IMG/VR virus record: IMGVR_UViG_3300033068_000963
Coordinates: 32,175 to 96,174 of that record
DNA length: 64,000 bases
Direction: 5' to 3' (one strand)
From: a virus
Lineage: Duplodnaviria; Caudoviricetes
Position 1 is the stretch's first letter. Each line of letters begins with the position of its first letter. Positions 52,543 through 62,409 of this stretch are shown here, in pieces. Made by a program: the position numbers and the translations under genes. The notes beneath the pieces were generated by a model. The model was not told where the DNA came from. It was given only the letters and a program-made list of their open reading frames with translations, and ran no database searches.

Positions 52543-53787
52543 ATGGCGCGCCGCCAGGCCAACCGATTGACCCACCGCGAGGTGCAGACGATCAAGGCGT
52601 CAGGCCGCCACGCGGACGGGATGGGGCTCTATCTCCACGTCGATCCGGCGACCCAGCAAGAGGGCCAACCCGAGAAGGTCGGGGCCAAGCGATGGGTGTT
52701 CGTCTTCCAATGGGAGGGCAAGCGCCGCGAGATGGGCCTGGGGTCTGTCGATAACGTCGAGCTGAAGGAAGCCCGCGCCCTACGCGACGCGGCGCGCAAG
52801 CTGGTGGCCGACCGCGTTGACCCGGTTGAGGAGCGGCGACAGAGCCGCATCGTCCCGGCTGCGGTCCCGACCTTCGGCGACTTCGCCCGCGAGATCGTGG
52901 CGGGCCTGACCCTGAAATCCGACAAGCACCGGATGCAATGGGAGAAGACCCTCACCGAATATCAGCCCAACCTTCAGGCCAAGCCGGTGGACCAGATCAC
53001 CACCCAGGACGTGCTAACCGCCCTGCGCCCGCACTGGACCACCATACATGAGACGGCGGAACGCATCAGGGGCCGCACAGAGCGGGTCCTAGACGCCGCC
53101 AGGGCCGCCGGACATATCTCCGGGCCTTGGGAGAACCCCGCCCGCTGGAAGGGCCACCTGGCGCTGCTGTTGCCCCGCCCCGACGTGAAGGTGAAGCATC
53201 ACGCCGCGCTGCCCTACGCGCAGCTTCCGGCCTTCATGGCGGCGTTGCGGGAGAGGCCGTCGATCAGCGCGCGGGCGTTGGAGTTCCTGATCCTCACCGT
53301 GGCGCGGACGGAAGAGATACGGTTCGCGGTGCGAGGTGAGGTCGAGGGCGATGTCTGGACCGTGCCGGCGGGGCGGATGAAGGCCGGGCGGGAACATCGG
53401 GTTCCGCTGACCCAGGCCGCGCTCGACGTGTTGGCGAAGGTCTGGCCGCCGGAAGACATGGCGCCGCGAAGTGAATGGATCTTCCCGAGCCGCGACCTGA
53501 TCAAGCCGCTCTCCAACATGGCGATGGACAAGATACTGCGTCTGGACGGGCTAGAGGTGACGGTTCACGGCTTTAGGAGCACGTTCAAAGACTGGGCGGA
53601 AGACTGCACCAACTTCTCGAATGGAACGATTGAAGCGGCCTTGGCTCACCAAGTCGGTGACGAGACGGAGCGGGCCTATCGCCGGGGCGACGCGCTGTTG
53701 AAGCGGCGCAAGCTGATGGAGGCGTGGGCGGGGTTCTGCGGTGGCCGGACAGGGAAGGTCATTCCTATGTCGCGGGGCGTAGGCTAG
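52543..53787 (+). CDS. int: Tyrosine integrase (P4-like, arm-binding N-terminal domain)
   Basis: GRHADG.GLYL, G.RREMGLG, R(TVART), K(RMK), HGFR, LAH and AY.R motifs. Confidence 0.95.
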   Translation: MARRQANRLTHREVQTIKASGRHADGMGLYLHVDPATQQEGQPEKVGAKRWVFVFQWEGKRREMGLGSVDNVELKEARALRDAARKLVADRVDPVEERRQSRIVPAAVPTFGDFAREIVAGLTLKSDKHRMQWEKTLTEYQPNLQAKPVDQITTQDVLTALRPHWTTIHETAERIRGRTERVLDAARAAGHISGPWENPARWKGHLALLLPRPDVKVKHHAALPYAQLPAFMAALRERPSISARALEFLILTVARTEEIRFAVRGEVEGDVWTVPAGRMKAGREHRVPLTQAALDVLAKVWPPEDMAPRSEWIFPSRDLIKPLSNMAMDKILRLDGLEVTVHGFRSTFKDWAEDCTNFSNGTIEAALAHQVGDETERAYRRGDALLKRRKLMEAWAGFCGGRTGKVIPMSRGVG

Positions 53788-54236
53788 GCCTCGACCTCCC
53801 AGAGCAGTTTCGGCTCGATGGGGTGCTTGTCGTCACGCGGGCGGCTGGGCACGCTCCACGACTTGCCGGGCGTCTCGCTGATCAGGGTCCAGCCTGCGGC
53901 CTTTAGGGACGTTCCGGGCTCGCTCTTGAGGGTGTAGGTCCCGATCCTGCGGAACCCCATTGCGAGGGCGGCGCGGGCGGCTTTGCCGTAGAGGAATGAG
54001 CAGGCGTTCGGCTCGTCAGGCAGGACACAGAGCCGCGTCACTTCGGCGGTCAGGCCGTCATCCCGCCGCCGCGCAACCGGACGCCCGACAATCACCACGC
54101 CCACCAGCTTGTCGCCACGGAACGCGCCGACGCTGAACAGATGGCCGACCGGCTGCGTGTGGTGGCGGTGATGCTCGCTGACGAACGCCGCCGCATAGGC
54201 GAAGTCGATGCGTTGGTGGCGAAGACGCTCGATCAC
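53784..54236 (-). CDS. XF1762-like (GNAT-like) protein, copy 1
   Basis: HHRHH, GRPVARRRDDGLT.EVTRLC, NACSFLYG, E.G.SL.AAGW and SWS.PSRPR.DKHP motifs. Confidence 0.75.
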   Translation of the reverse strand: MIERLRHQRIDFAYAAAFVSEHHRHHTQPVGHLFSVGAFRGDKLVGVVIVGRPVARRRDDGLTAEVTRLCVLPDEPNACSFLYGKAARAALAMGFRRIGTYTLKSEPGTSLKAAGWTLISETPGKSWSVPSRPRDDKHPIEPKLLWEVEA

Positions 54237-54418
54237 GCCGCCAACCTCCCTGACGCCTTGTCGATCTCCCGTTGCAGGACATCGGCCCGGATGAGCGTCC
54301 GCCCCGCATAGCTGAACGCCTCCAGCTTGGCGGCCTTGATCAGACGGAAGATCGTGGCCTTGCTGATGCCGATGGCGGCGGCGGCCTCGGGGACCGTGTA
54401 AGAGAGCTTCTCGGTCAT
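54233..54418 (-). CDS. Excisionase-like HTH protein
   Basis: LSYTVPEAAAAIGISKATIFRLIK..KL....GRTLI. Confidence 0.8.
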   Translation of the reverse strand: MTEKLSYTVPEAAAAIGISKATIFRLIKAAKLEAFSYAGRTLIRADVLQREIDKASGRLAA

Positions 54419-54834
54419 GTCGTCTCTCCCCCTTGTCGATGGGAGGGTGTGGGATTTGTTGGCCTCCCGGGGCCTACCGAGGCGTTCGGAGGTGTCCGCG
54501 TCGGGTCGGCCTGCGCCTCAATACGTGCCATCTCAGCCTCGTACTGCGCCAGAATGTCGGGGTGGTCCTTTAGAACTTCGCGCATCCGCTCCATCCTTGC
54601 CACGTCATCCGCCGCGATCTTGGCGCGGACGTCGGCCTTTTCATCGGCCTCGCGCGCCAGTCGCGCACGCCAGACGTCGTAGGAGGTGGAGGTTATGCGC
54701 GGAGGCGGTCGGCCAGCCTCGAAATCTTCCTGCGCCTTGAAGCATTCCAGAATATCCAAGCCGCCGATCAGGCCTCCCTGCTCATCGCGAAGACCTTGCG
54801 CGATCTCCCGCTTGCGGGTTTCGCTCTGCCTCAT
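54415..54834 (-). CDS. Hypothetical early protein
   Basis: Likely start MRQSETRK; coupled to the xis-like gene. Confidence 0.5.
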   Translation of the reverse strand: MRQSETRKREIAQGLRDEQGGLIGGLDILECFKAQEDFEAGRPPPRITSTSYDVWRARLAREADEKADVRAKIAADDVARMERMREVLKDHPDILAQYEAEMARIEAQADPTRTPPNASVGPGRPTNPTPSHRQGGETT

Positions 54835-54943
54835 GCCTCGCCCTTTCCAGTGTCTAAGAGGATATGGGCGATTAGCTTGAGGCTGGCGGCGATGCTGATC
54901 AGGGGGAACAACAGCAGCACGATAGCGAAGGCAACAGTTCCCA

Positions 54944-55174
54944 TCACCCTTCCCCTCCCTGATCATCAGTAGGGATGCCGAGAGCCTTTCGCGCGATGGC
55001 CTTGGCGCCCTCAACCGTGCTGGTGGCGAGGATGTCCTGTAGCGCGGTCCGCAGGTCATTCCGTGCGCGGCCCAGATGTCGCGCGCGGGTGGAGGCGGTA
55101 TCGCCTCGCCGGATCGCCTGTTGCGCCGCATAGGGCAAGCCGTAGAAGTCGCTACGCATCGGCTTCTGCTCCAT
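54944..55174 (-). CDS. Hypothetical early protein
   Basis: In the leftward operon. Confidence 0.45.
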   Translation of the reverse strand: MEQKPMRSDFYGLPYAAQQAIRRGDTASTRARHLGRARNDLRTALQDILATSTVEGAKAIARKALGIPTDDQGGEG

Positions 55175-55844
55175 CAGTAGGGATGATGCGGTAGGCGATG
55201 ATGTCGTAGACCCTCACGGGGCTGTTCTCAGGGGCGTGTTCCCAGCAGAGTTGGCTTGACGGGGCTGCGCCAGACACGATCGTGCTGAGTTTGTAGCGAA
55301 CCTCCACCACCTTCCCCGGCGCTGGGTTCTCTCCTCCGTTCCATTGGATGAAGGGGGGGGTTGAAGGAATGGGTTCCTCCCGGGAACTTTCACCTTCGAC
55401 CTGAGGTGTCTTCGGATGAGCCGGAAGGTCTCGCCAATGGCTGACGAAATCCCACGCCTGCAAAGGGTTGAAGGTCAGGCCGTCCTCATCGACGCCATAC
55501 CAGCTTCCGCCCTGCCACTTCGCCATGGCAATGTAGCCTAGAAGCTCGTCGCGCGGCGGGTTGTAGAGCAGAACGAACCTGTCGTGCGGAGCCGTCTCGA
55601 TGGGTTGCCAGTCTACTCGCTCCATCCCAGGAGCGGAGACCGGGGCGGCGAGAAGGGCGCGCAGTTCTGCGGCGCACATTTTCAGCCCAGCCGCTCGCCC
55701 TTCGGCTTCCGCCGCCTCGAAATCGCTCGCCCTGCTGCTGTTCGCATAGGCCTCGGCGCGCTTGCTGGCCTCCTCCCAGTTACGGGTAAGGTCCACTAGT
55801 CCCGAACCGTCCATGGTCCCGGCGCCTTCATCACGGGCGGTCAT
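55152..55844 (-). CDS. Composite early protein with WQPIETAP (DUF551-like) module
   Basis: WQPIETAP...SHWRDLPAHP; WNGGENP...DIIAYRI module. Confidence 0.65.
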   Translation of the reverse strand: MTARDEGAGTMDGSGLVDLTRNWEEASKRAEAYANSSRASDFEAAEAEGRAAGLKMCAAELRALLAAPVSAPGMERVDWQPIETAPHDRFVLLYNPPRDELLGYIAMAKWQGGSWYGVDEDGLTFNPLQAWDFVSHWRDLPAHPKTPQVEGESSREEPIPSTPPFIQWNGGENPAPGKVVEVRYKLSTIVSGAAPSSQLCWEHAPENSPVRVYDIIAYRIIPTDGAEADA

Positions 55845-56206
55845 TGGTCGGCTCCGGTGGCTTTGGCGTGGATGGCGCGGGCATTGGCGCACATCGTGGA
55901 TTCAAGGTATTCCGGGCAGACGCTGGCGATGATCCCGAGAAGGTCGGTGATGGCCTCGGGCATCTCAGGCGCTGCGGCGTAGAGTTTGGCGTCGGCCTCG
56001 CGCCACACGTAAGCCGTAGCGCCAGCGTGGGGCGTATAGACCTCCCACCACGGTGGGCCGGAGTTGGGGTCATCCATCCCGGTGTGACCGTAGGTGAGCG
56101 GCCCGCGCGTGAAAGCCGCAGCAGGCTCGGCGGTAGCGTTAGAAGGGGTAGGGTCCCCTTCGCGCACGACTGGCTCGGGAGGGGCTAAGTTCTTGTTCTC
56201 CATCAT
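55841..56206 (-). CDS. Hypothetical early protein
   Basis: FTRGP...ADAKLYAAAPEM...ARAIHAKATG, a common phage motif. Confidence 0.65.
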   Translation of the reverse strand: MMENKNLAPPEPVVREGDPTPSNATAEPAAAFTRGPLTYGHTGMDDPNSGPPWWEVYTPHAGATAYVWREADAKLYAAAPEMPEAITDLLGIIASVCPEYLESTMCANARAIHAKATGADQ

Positions 56207-56772
56207 TCATCTCCACTAGAGGGGGAGGCAGCCGATAGGCTGGCTGTAATGCCGGGCCCCAAGAGCGATCTGGCCGGGATGCCCCACTCGTCCGCGAGGG
56301 TTGCGATCATCGCTTTGCTGAGCGAGCGCTTCCCGGCGAGGATTTCTGACGCGTGGCTCCGGTTCCCGATCAGCTTCGCGAAGTCGGTCTGCGAGTGGCC
56401 GCCCTGCTCCATGCGGAACTTCAGAGCGTCGAGCGGCGTAGGTGGGCCGATTTCCCCTTCGACCTCGCTCGCATCCGATAGGCTGGCGGTGAAGGTGAGG
56501 GCGCCCGGATCGCCCTTGGAACAGACGGCCCAGCATTCGTCGTACTGTCCGTCGCTGGCGATGCCTCCAACGTCGCGGAGGTAGACGACAGGGCCATCAT
56601 ATCCAGACGGTTGGGCTTCGGAGCGGGCGGCAGCGGTGCGGAGTTCAAGCGCTGCTTCTTCCAAGACGATGTGGTCGATAGTCCTGCCGTTGCGGACGGC
56701 GTATGATTGGTTCATCAGAGCGTCGGCGAGGGCGTGGCGCCTAGATTGCGGCGCGGCGGTGTCAGTGGTCAT
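56203..56772 (-). CDS. Composite protein with C-terminal HigA-like HTH
   Basis: P.PLDALKFRMEQ.G.SQ.DFAKLIG.RS.ASEIL.GKR.LS..MI..L...WGIPA.SLL. Confidence 0.7.
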   Translation of the reverse strand: MTTDTAAPQSRRHALADALMNQSYAVRNGRTIDHIVLEEAALELRTAAARSEAQPSGYDGPVVYLRDVGGIASDGQYDECWAVCSKGDPGALTFTASLSDASEVEGEIGPPTPLDALKFRMEQGGHSQTDFAKLIGNRSHASEILAGKRSLSKAMIATLADEWGIPARSLLGPGITASLSAASPSSGDE

Positions 56773-56924
56773 TTTCGGCGTTCCTAAGTTCTGGGAAAAC
56801 GGCGTCGATCAGGGCGCGCTTGGCCCCCTCGCAGTCGTATTCGGCCTCGTGGAGGTCGCCGCAGATGGCACAGCGATCACCGTCCAAGATCTCGCGGATG
56901 AACTGCCGCTGGGCTTCTGTGGGT

Positions 56925-57560
56925 TCACCCATGGTCAGCGTCCTTGTTCTGGGAGGCGAGAAGAAGGGGTTCGTCCGTTGCCGAGAGTGCGGCCTCGGTT
57001 CCCTGCGGCCCCGAGAGGCCTGGGGTGGTTGGATTGGAGGGCTTCTTGCCTGTGACCCAGAACTCGCCGTACATGGCGATTAGTCGCGTCTTCATCTCGG
57101 GAGTGGGCTCGGGCCATGAACCCCATCCCCACGCAACCTTGTCTTCGGTGGGGTGCTTGTCGGTGCGGGGGCGAGAAGGGCAATCCCAGCTGCGCCCCTT
57201 GACGATCCATAGGGGCCGCAAACCCGACGCCTGTAGGCTCGCGCCGCCCTCGCTGGCCAAGATGTACGTCAGGCCCCTCCGATAGCCCTTCGTGCCGCCA
57301 GCGCGTCGCCACGCGCCGTACATCATAGAGCAGGCGTTGGGGTGCCCGTCCGTCGCCATGCGCGTCAGCTCGGTCGTGAGGCCATCGTCAAGCTCTCGGG
57401 CGACGGGACGCCCGCAGACGGCGACACCCACCAGGGCCCCATCGTCATCCTGCACGCCGTGACACCAAATGTAGCCGGTCGGCACGTTGTGGTGGCGATG
57501 ATGAGCCTTGATGAACGGAAAGGCGTCGTCGCGCTTTACGGGGCGCAGTTCAATACCCAT
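56925..57560 (-). CDS. XF1762-like (GNAT-like) protein, copy 2
   Basis: HHRHH, GRPVARELDDGLTTELTR, NACSMMYG and SWDCPSRPRTDKHP motifs. Confidence 0.75.
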   Translation of the reverse strand: MGIELRPVKRDDAFPFIKAHHRHHNVPTGYIWCHGVQDDDGALVGVAVCGRPVARELDDGLTTELTRMATDGHPNACSMMYGAWRRAGGTKGYRRGLTYILASEGGASLQASGLRPLWIVKGRSWDCPSRPRTDKHPTEDKVAWGWGSWPEPTPEMKTRLIAMYGEFWVTGKKPSNPTTPGLSGPQGTEAALSATDEPLLLASQNKDADHG

Positions 57561-57660
57561 CAGCCTCGCCCTCCATCGGAGTGCTGAGCGGAAGTCAGGA
57601 TGGGCGGGGCCCCATCCGTGCACGGCTGGCTCTGGGACTCCAAGTCATTGTTTCCAACCA

Positions 57661-58323
57661 TTACTCTTGCTCCAGGGGAGGGGTGAGAAGGGCTCGGGCA
57701 GCGCGGGTCGTTCTGTCCAGCCTCTCAAGCCCGAACATCGCGGTGATTGAGCGGTCGTCTGGTAGGTGCATCCGTTCAAACCGATCCCGCTCTACTCGGG
57801 CCCCAATCTCCACGAGGGACAGGATCGCCGCGCTCTCCCCCTCTAGCTCCCCCGCCCTTGCCTGTAGGGTTTCGACCCGTGCGGTGAGATCGGCGTCAGG
57901 AGCTTGCATGGCGGCGGTGATCCCGGCGATGGCATTGCCGCGCAGGTAGTCGATATGGCGCTCGTCGGTGACGCGCTCGGCGTCTCGGAACCCTGTCCGA
58001 TAGGTCGTCTCCGCAGCCGCAGCCATGAGGGCGCAGACGAACTCGGCGGACTTCCCGAACCTGATGGCGCATTCGTAATGGCGCGGCCCCCAGGTGTGGC
58101 AGTCAGTGCCATGGGTGCCGATGCGGTTATCTCGCTCATTCTGGTATCGGACGGCGACGCGAAGGCGCTGATTGTCCGCCTGTAGGGCGGTGAGGGCGGA
58201 GAGGAGGGCGGTCAGGTCGGCGGAAAGCTCGTCGGCGTCCTGCTTCGTCATGTCGGGCGCGAACTCGACAATCTGGGCGGCGTAGGCCTTAACCCTATCT
58301 GCGGCTTGTTCTGTAGGGGTCAT
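57661..58323 (-). CDS. Composite hypothetical early protein
   Basis: Start MTPTEQAA; [15 protein letters not shown] module. Confidence 0.55.
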   Translation of the reverse strand: MTPTEQAADRVKAYAAQIVEFAPDMTKQDADELSADLTALLSALTALQADNQRLRVAVRYQNERDNRIGTHGTDCHTWGPRHYECAIRFGKSAEFVCALMAAAAETTYRTGFRDAERVTDERHIDYLRGNAIAGITAAMQAPDADLTARVETLQARAGELEGESAAILSLVEIGARVERDRFERMHLPDDRSITAMFGLERLDRTTRAARALLTPPLEQE

Positions 58324-58480
58324 GAAAGCCCCCAGAAAATGGTGAAAAGGCTCATGATGGAGAGCAGCGCCAACGCCAACTTCAGGCTGATGTTGAGCAA
58401 GGTGTCCGACTTCCACATTGCGAACAGGAGCCCGGCAAGAGCTGCGGCGACATAAGGCTGCGATGCGATGATGAGGTCTT

Positions 58481-58696
58481 TCATTGGTCACCTGTCGGAT
58501 TGAGGTAGGCCTTGCCGGCGTCGGTCAGTTGGAAGCCGGGGTTGGAGCCAAGGTGGCGTTCGCGGATCAAGCCTTCGTCCAGCAAGCCTTGGAACTCGCG
58601 GCGAGCCTCCTCGAACTTGATCGGACGGAAGCCGCAGCGGCCTTGAGGCTGAGCCGCCAGGAGGGCGAGGAACTTGCGCTCGGTTGGCGTCTTCAT
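58481..58696 (-). CDS. Small wHTH-like protein
   Basis: L..EGLI......[11 protein letters not shown]. Confidence 0.5.
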   Translation of the reverse strand: MKTPTERKFLALLAAQPQGRCGFRPIKFEEARREFQGLLDEGLIRERHLGSNPGFQLTDAGKAYLNPTGDQ

Positions 58697-59028
58697 CGGA
58701 ACCCCCGCGACTGGATTTTCTGTTTCGATTTCGGCCAGGTCCCGAGGTGCTTGGCGCGCATCCGGTAGACCTTCGACTTCTCGGCCACGTCCTCGGCGGT
58801 CTTCTCGCGGTGCTTGTCGCGCAGCGCCGGGGCCAGGTTGCTTTCGCGGTGCTCCCCGCCGTTGATCAGGGCCTTGATGTGGTCGCAGTCCCATTCCTCG
58901 CCAGCGCGGATCTTCCGTCCTGACAGGTGGCAGACGCCGCCATCGCGTTCGAACACGCGGAGCCGGACGCGGGGCGGGATGGGGGTGTCGTGGGTCTTGC
59001 CGATCCACTCGGGGACAGAGCGGGCCAT
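58693..59028 (-). CDS. HNH endonuclease
   Basis: VFERDGGVCHLSG..I...EEWDCDHIKALINGG..RESNL......HREKT. Confidence 0.85.
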   Translation of the reverse strand: MARSVPEWIGKTHDTPIPPRVRLRVFERDGGVCHLSGRKIRAGEEWDCDHIKALINGGEHRESNLAPALRDKHREKTAEDVAEKSKVYRMRAKHLGTWPKSKQKIQSRGFR

Positions 59029-59460
59029 CTAAGCAACCTCGCGGGCAGGGTTATTGACCCCACCCGCGACCTGGTTGCTGTCGAAAGTCGTCACGCCGCG
59101 CTCGGCGCAGAACTTCAGGATAAGCTCGATCAGGTCGGACATTTCCGCCTTGGAGAGCTTGGAGGATGAGCGGCCAAGGCTGACGAAGCCCGTGCCGTCG
59201 AGGTTCGGGACCAGCCGCATTTCCTGATTGAGCGCGGCCATGAAGATCAGCTTATAATCATCAGCCGAGAGCTTCACGCCGTGCCACGGGACCTGGGTCG
59301 CGATGTCGGTAAGCAGGTCCCACATCATGGAATTTTGGTCTGCCGTCCGCTTGGCCTCCGCGAAGGTGATGCGGGTTCCGAGGGGCGCGTTGAGGCACCA
59401 GCGCGACGCCTGTTCTCGCCGGGCCTTACAGTCGAGGGTGAGGGTCGCGCGGGCCATCAC
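59029..59460 (-). CDS. ninB: NinB/Orf-family recombination mediator
   Basis: KRTADQNSMMW.LL.DIA.QV.WHG.KL; VPNLDG.GFV.LG.SSSKLSK.EMSDLIE. Confidence 0.85.
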   Translation of the reverse strand: MMARATLTLDCKARREQASRWCLNAPLGTRITFAEAKRTADQNSMMWDLLTDIATQVPWHGVKLSADDYKLIFMAALNQEMRLVPNLDGTGFVSLGRSSSKLSKAEMSDLIELILKFCAERGVTTFDSNQVAGGVNNPAREVA

Positions 59461-60248
59461 GCAGCCGCCACCTGACGGTCGCTCCCGGCCATGCCGCTTG
59501 CACTTGCCGGACCCACCGCGCCGCGAAAGCCCTCGTCAAGGTCGGCTTCGGCGTCCAGGGATTCCGGCGGACGCTTCAGTTCGTTCTCACGGTCGGTGAG
59601 GCGATCCCTCAGGGCGTCCAGCCATTGGACCGGCGCGTCGGCGGTGTAGCTGTCGAAGTTGGTCAGCCAGTCGATCACGCCCGCTTGGTCCAGCTTGGCG
59701 AACTCGGTCATGTACTTCTCGTGGTCTCCGTCGCGCTTGGCCTGGGCCGGGGTCTTGCGGCCCTTGCTGGCGATCTCCTGGGCGGTGGCGACGTTGGCCT
59801 GCGTCTTGTCGTAAAGCGCCAGGCCGAACTGATTTCCCCACGTCTTGAGGGCGCGCTTTTCGGCGTCCGACGCGGCTTCCTTGACGGCGCTCTCGTGAGC
59901 TTGGCCAGGATCAGCGTCGATCCCGTGGCCGGCGCCCACACCCTCGCGGGTGACGAACGCCCCATCAATGCAGACATCGACGCGGACGGTGCAGACGTAG
60001 GAGACGGACCAGCCGGGCTTCTCGTAGCTGCTGCCCTTGCCGATGGTCACTTCGCGCTCAGAGACGAGGCGAAGGTCTTTGATCGTGCTATCCCAGCCGT
60101 CGTATCCGAAGATCCGATTGGCCTCGGACTCGGCGAACCAAGACTCTATGTAAGACACCTCGCGCCCGGCCTGCTTGCGGCCCTTGACGTTGTCGCGGTT
60201 GAGGGGCGCTTGGAGCGCGGCGATCTGATCGGGGGTCAGGCGGGTCAT
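59457..60248 (-). CDS. Rad52/22-family (Sak-like) single-strand annealing protein
   Basis: VSYIE......EANRIFGYDGW, REGVGAG and AHESAVKEA.SDA.KRAL.TWGNQFGLALYDK motifs. Confidence 0.88.
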   Translation of the reverse strand: MTRLTPDQIAALQAPLNRDNVKGRKQAGREVSYIESWFAESEANRIFGYDGWDSTIKDLRLVSEREVTIGKGSSYEKPGWSVSYVCTVRVDVCIDGAFVTREGVGAGHGIDADPGQAHESAVKEAASDAEKRALKTWGNQFGLALYDKTQANVATAQEIASKGRKTPAQAKRDGDHEKYMTEFAKLDQAGVIDWLTNFDSYTADAPVQWLDALRDRLTDRENELKRPPESLDAEADLDEGFRGAVGPASASGMAGSDRQVAAA

Positions 60249-60487
60249 GCGGAGAGCCTTTCAAGCTTGGCCCTAAACGCGGCTTGCGAGGCGGCTTCCG
60301 CTGTCGCGCGGGACTTCCTCTCGGCTTCGTTCAGGGTGTAAATTGCATCAATGGCGGCCTTGCGGACGGCCATCAGGGCGTTGCGTGTTTCGTCGGTGTC
60401 GGGCTGCTGTCCGCAGGCCTCGGCCCTCATGCGGACAGTCGCGAGCGCATCGGAGACCTCGCGGGCTTCATGGGGGAAAAGCTTCAC
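60245..60487 (-). CDS. Hypothetical early protein
   Basis: Coupled leftward chain. Confidence 0.5.
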   Translation of the reverse strand: MKLFPHEAREVSDALATVRMRAEACGQQPDTDETRNALMAVRKAAIDAIYTLNEAERKSRATAEAASQAAFRAKLERLSA

Positions 60488-60715
60488 GCCGCAGCCCTCC
60501 CGCGAGCTTCCCGCTTGGCGTCAGCCCTTATCGCTCTCGCATGGATGCGGAGTTCACGGGCCTGGATCGACAGGCGTTGGGCGGCGAGTTCCATCCGGTC
60601 CAGGGCGTCAGGTGTGATGAACCCTGCCGATGTTGCGGTCTGGATGGTACGAAGGTCAGACGCAGCAGAGGCGACAAGGATGGTGGTGGGGGAGGGGATG
60701 GGGATGGCTGACATC
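60484..60715 (-). CDS. Hypothetical early protein
   Basis: GGAGG RBS before MSAIPIP. Confidence 0.5.
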
Positions 60716-60897
60716 AGAGCCTCCAATGGGTGATGACAAAGGCGATGAACTTCACCGCAGGAATCCACGACAGGGCGGCTAGGACGGCCCAGATCGTGAG
60801 GCAGGTTCCGGGGCTGTAGCGTTCGCTCATCACGTCACCGGAAGGGCGAGAGCAACGGCAAAGAAGCCGATAAGGACCAGGGGCCAGGAGGAGCGGG

Positions 60898-61086
60898 TCA
60901 CAGGCCTTCCGCCTTCAGCGCGCGGTGGAGGGCTTGGCGAAGCTCCCAGAGGGCGACGTGCGCGCCTTGAAGCTCCGAAATCTCGGCTGTGATCGGGTAG
61001 GTGGATTTGCCGCCGGTCGCCTTGTCGATGCGGGCCTCAACAGCCTCCATCGCGGCATCCACGGCGTTGAACACGAGTTGGGTCAC
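60898..61086 (-). CDS. Hypothetical early protein
   Basis: Coupled leftward chain. Confidence 0.5.
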   Translation of the reverse strand: MTQLVFNAVDAAMEAVEARIDKATGGKSTYPITAEISELQGAHVALWELRQALHRALKAEGL

Positions 61087-61337
61087 GAACCCCCCCTCCC
61101 ATATTGCCTATCAAGGACCTCAAGACGCCTCTTGGCCCATTCGAGGGTTGTGGTTGAACTTGACCACTGGTAGCCGCAGAGGATCGCCAGCTCGGTCACA
61201 CGGAGATAAGCCGCGTTATCCAGGGCGAAGGCCGCAGGGCACTGAACAAGGTCAGCAACCCGCGTCTGACGTTCTGAGACCTCAACAGCCTTGCGGAGAG
61301 CTTCGTGGTCAGCCGTGGAGCCGGGGGCGGGGGTCAT
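61083..61337 (-). CDS. Hypothetical early protein
   Basis: Coupled leftward chain. Confidence 0.5.
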   Translation of the reverse strand: MTPAPGSTADHEALRKAVEVSERQTRVADLVQCPAAFALDNAAYLRVTELAILCGYQWSSSTTTLEWAKRRLEVLDRQYGRGGS

Positions 61338-61531
61338 GGCTGCATAACCTCAACCGTGACCCGCACAACGGCGGGGCCAGCGAAGTCCTCGGGGTCCTCA
61401 GGGTCCAACTCCACCGTGAATGTGAAGCTGTTGCCGCTCTGCGAGGAGCAACCAACGGGGATTGCGTTCGAGGCCTCATCCTCCAAGATCATCCCGTGAA
61501 TGAACCGGCCAATAGCTTCGGTGCGGTCCAT
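61334..61531 (-). CDS. Hypothetical early protein
   Basis: Coupled leftward chain. Confidence 0.5.
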   Translation of the reverse strand: MDRTEAIGRFIHGMILEDEASNAIPVGCSSQSGNSFTFTVELDPEDPEDFAGPAVVRVTVEVMQP

Positions 61532-61767
61532 TACGCCGCCTCCAACTTAAAAGCCGAAGCCTCGGCAGCGACCCTCAGAACCCGCCGCTCACACAGCGAC
61601 ACTTCGTAGATCGCCCCATCCGGCAGGAACCCGTTCGTCCAGCCCAGAGGACGTGTCATGGCCTCATCTGAAAACATGAAGGTGGTGGGCTCAGACATCC
61701 CGCGACCGGCAAGACCGTGCTTGGCGAAGACCGGGACCGGGGCGGGCTGTTGGTAGGCGGGGGTCAC
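61531..61767 (-). CDS. Hypothetical early protein
   Basis: Coupled leftward chain. Confidence 0.5.
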   Translation of the reverse strand: MTPAYQQPAPVPVFAKHGLAGRGMSEPTTFMFSDEAMTRPLGWTNGFLPDGAIYEVSLCERRVLRVAAEASAFKLEAA

Positions 61768-61958
61768 GATTGCACCGCCGCGCGGTCATCGTCGCAGGCT
61801 TGGCAGATCATCCCGCCGTTGCGGTAGTTGCGGTCAATGTTGATGTCGATCTGATCAATCAGGCAATCGCACCACTCGCAGACGGCAGCGTAATCGGGCT
61901 CGTTGTCGATGGCCGCTTGGGTCTTGCGGTCCCAGAGATCGTGATCGGTGATGGACAT
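61764..61958 (-). CDS. Small CxxC...CxxC Zn-finger protein
   Basis: CEWC...CQAC; first gene after the internal promoter. Confidence 0.55.
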   Translation of the reverse strand: MSITDHDLWDRKTQAAIDNEPDYAAVCEWCDCLIDQIDINIDRNYRNGGMICQACDDDRAAVQS

Positions 61959-62005
61959 CTGCGTCGGGCCTCATCGGGGGCGGGTTAGCCGCTGTTGATG
62001 AAAGT

Positions 62006-62051
62006 AGGATACGTCGCGTACCCAATTGGGTCAACACAAAACGTACCCAAT
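62006..62051 (-). promoter_or_regulatory. Second PL-like promoter with the same operator
   Basis: Minus strand TTGACC-17-TATCCT; CGTACCCAAT at 62017-62026 and 62042-62051. Confidence 0.75.
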
Positions 62052-62067
62052 GAGAAGAAAGCTTCGG

Positions 62068-62409
62068 TCAGGTTTCGGAAGAAGTTTTCCCACCAAGGGC
62101 CTCGCGCAGCCTCCGCGCCGCGATCTCGTAGGCGTCGGCATGGGAGCCGAAGGACCGGCTGTTGCGCCCGCGCTCATCCATCCACATCAGAACGTCCACC
62201 ACGCGGCGGTCGATTTCCTCGATCAGCTTGGCGGTGCGGGCGTAAACTTGGAGGTCGGCAAGTAGCGACGCGATGCAGCCTGCCGCCTCGTCCAACAGGT
62301 CGGCGGTGTGCGCTGCGCTCTCGCCCGATTGGCGGTAGCTCTCGGCGCGCTCGTGAAGCCGGGTGATCACGTCTTGGGAGTAGGGGTAGCCTTGGAGGTG
62401 TTCGGTCAA
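62068..62409 (-). CDS. Hypothetical early protein
   Basis: Coupled leftward chain. Confidence 0.55.
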   Translation of the reverse strand: MTEHLQGYPYSQDVITRLHERAESYRQSGESAAHTADLLDEAAGCIASLLADLQVYARTAKLIEEIDRRVVDVLMWMDERGRNSRSFGSHADAYEIAARRLREALGGKTSSET

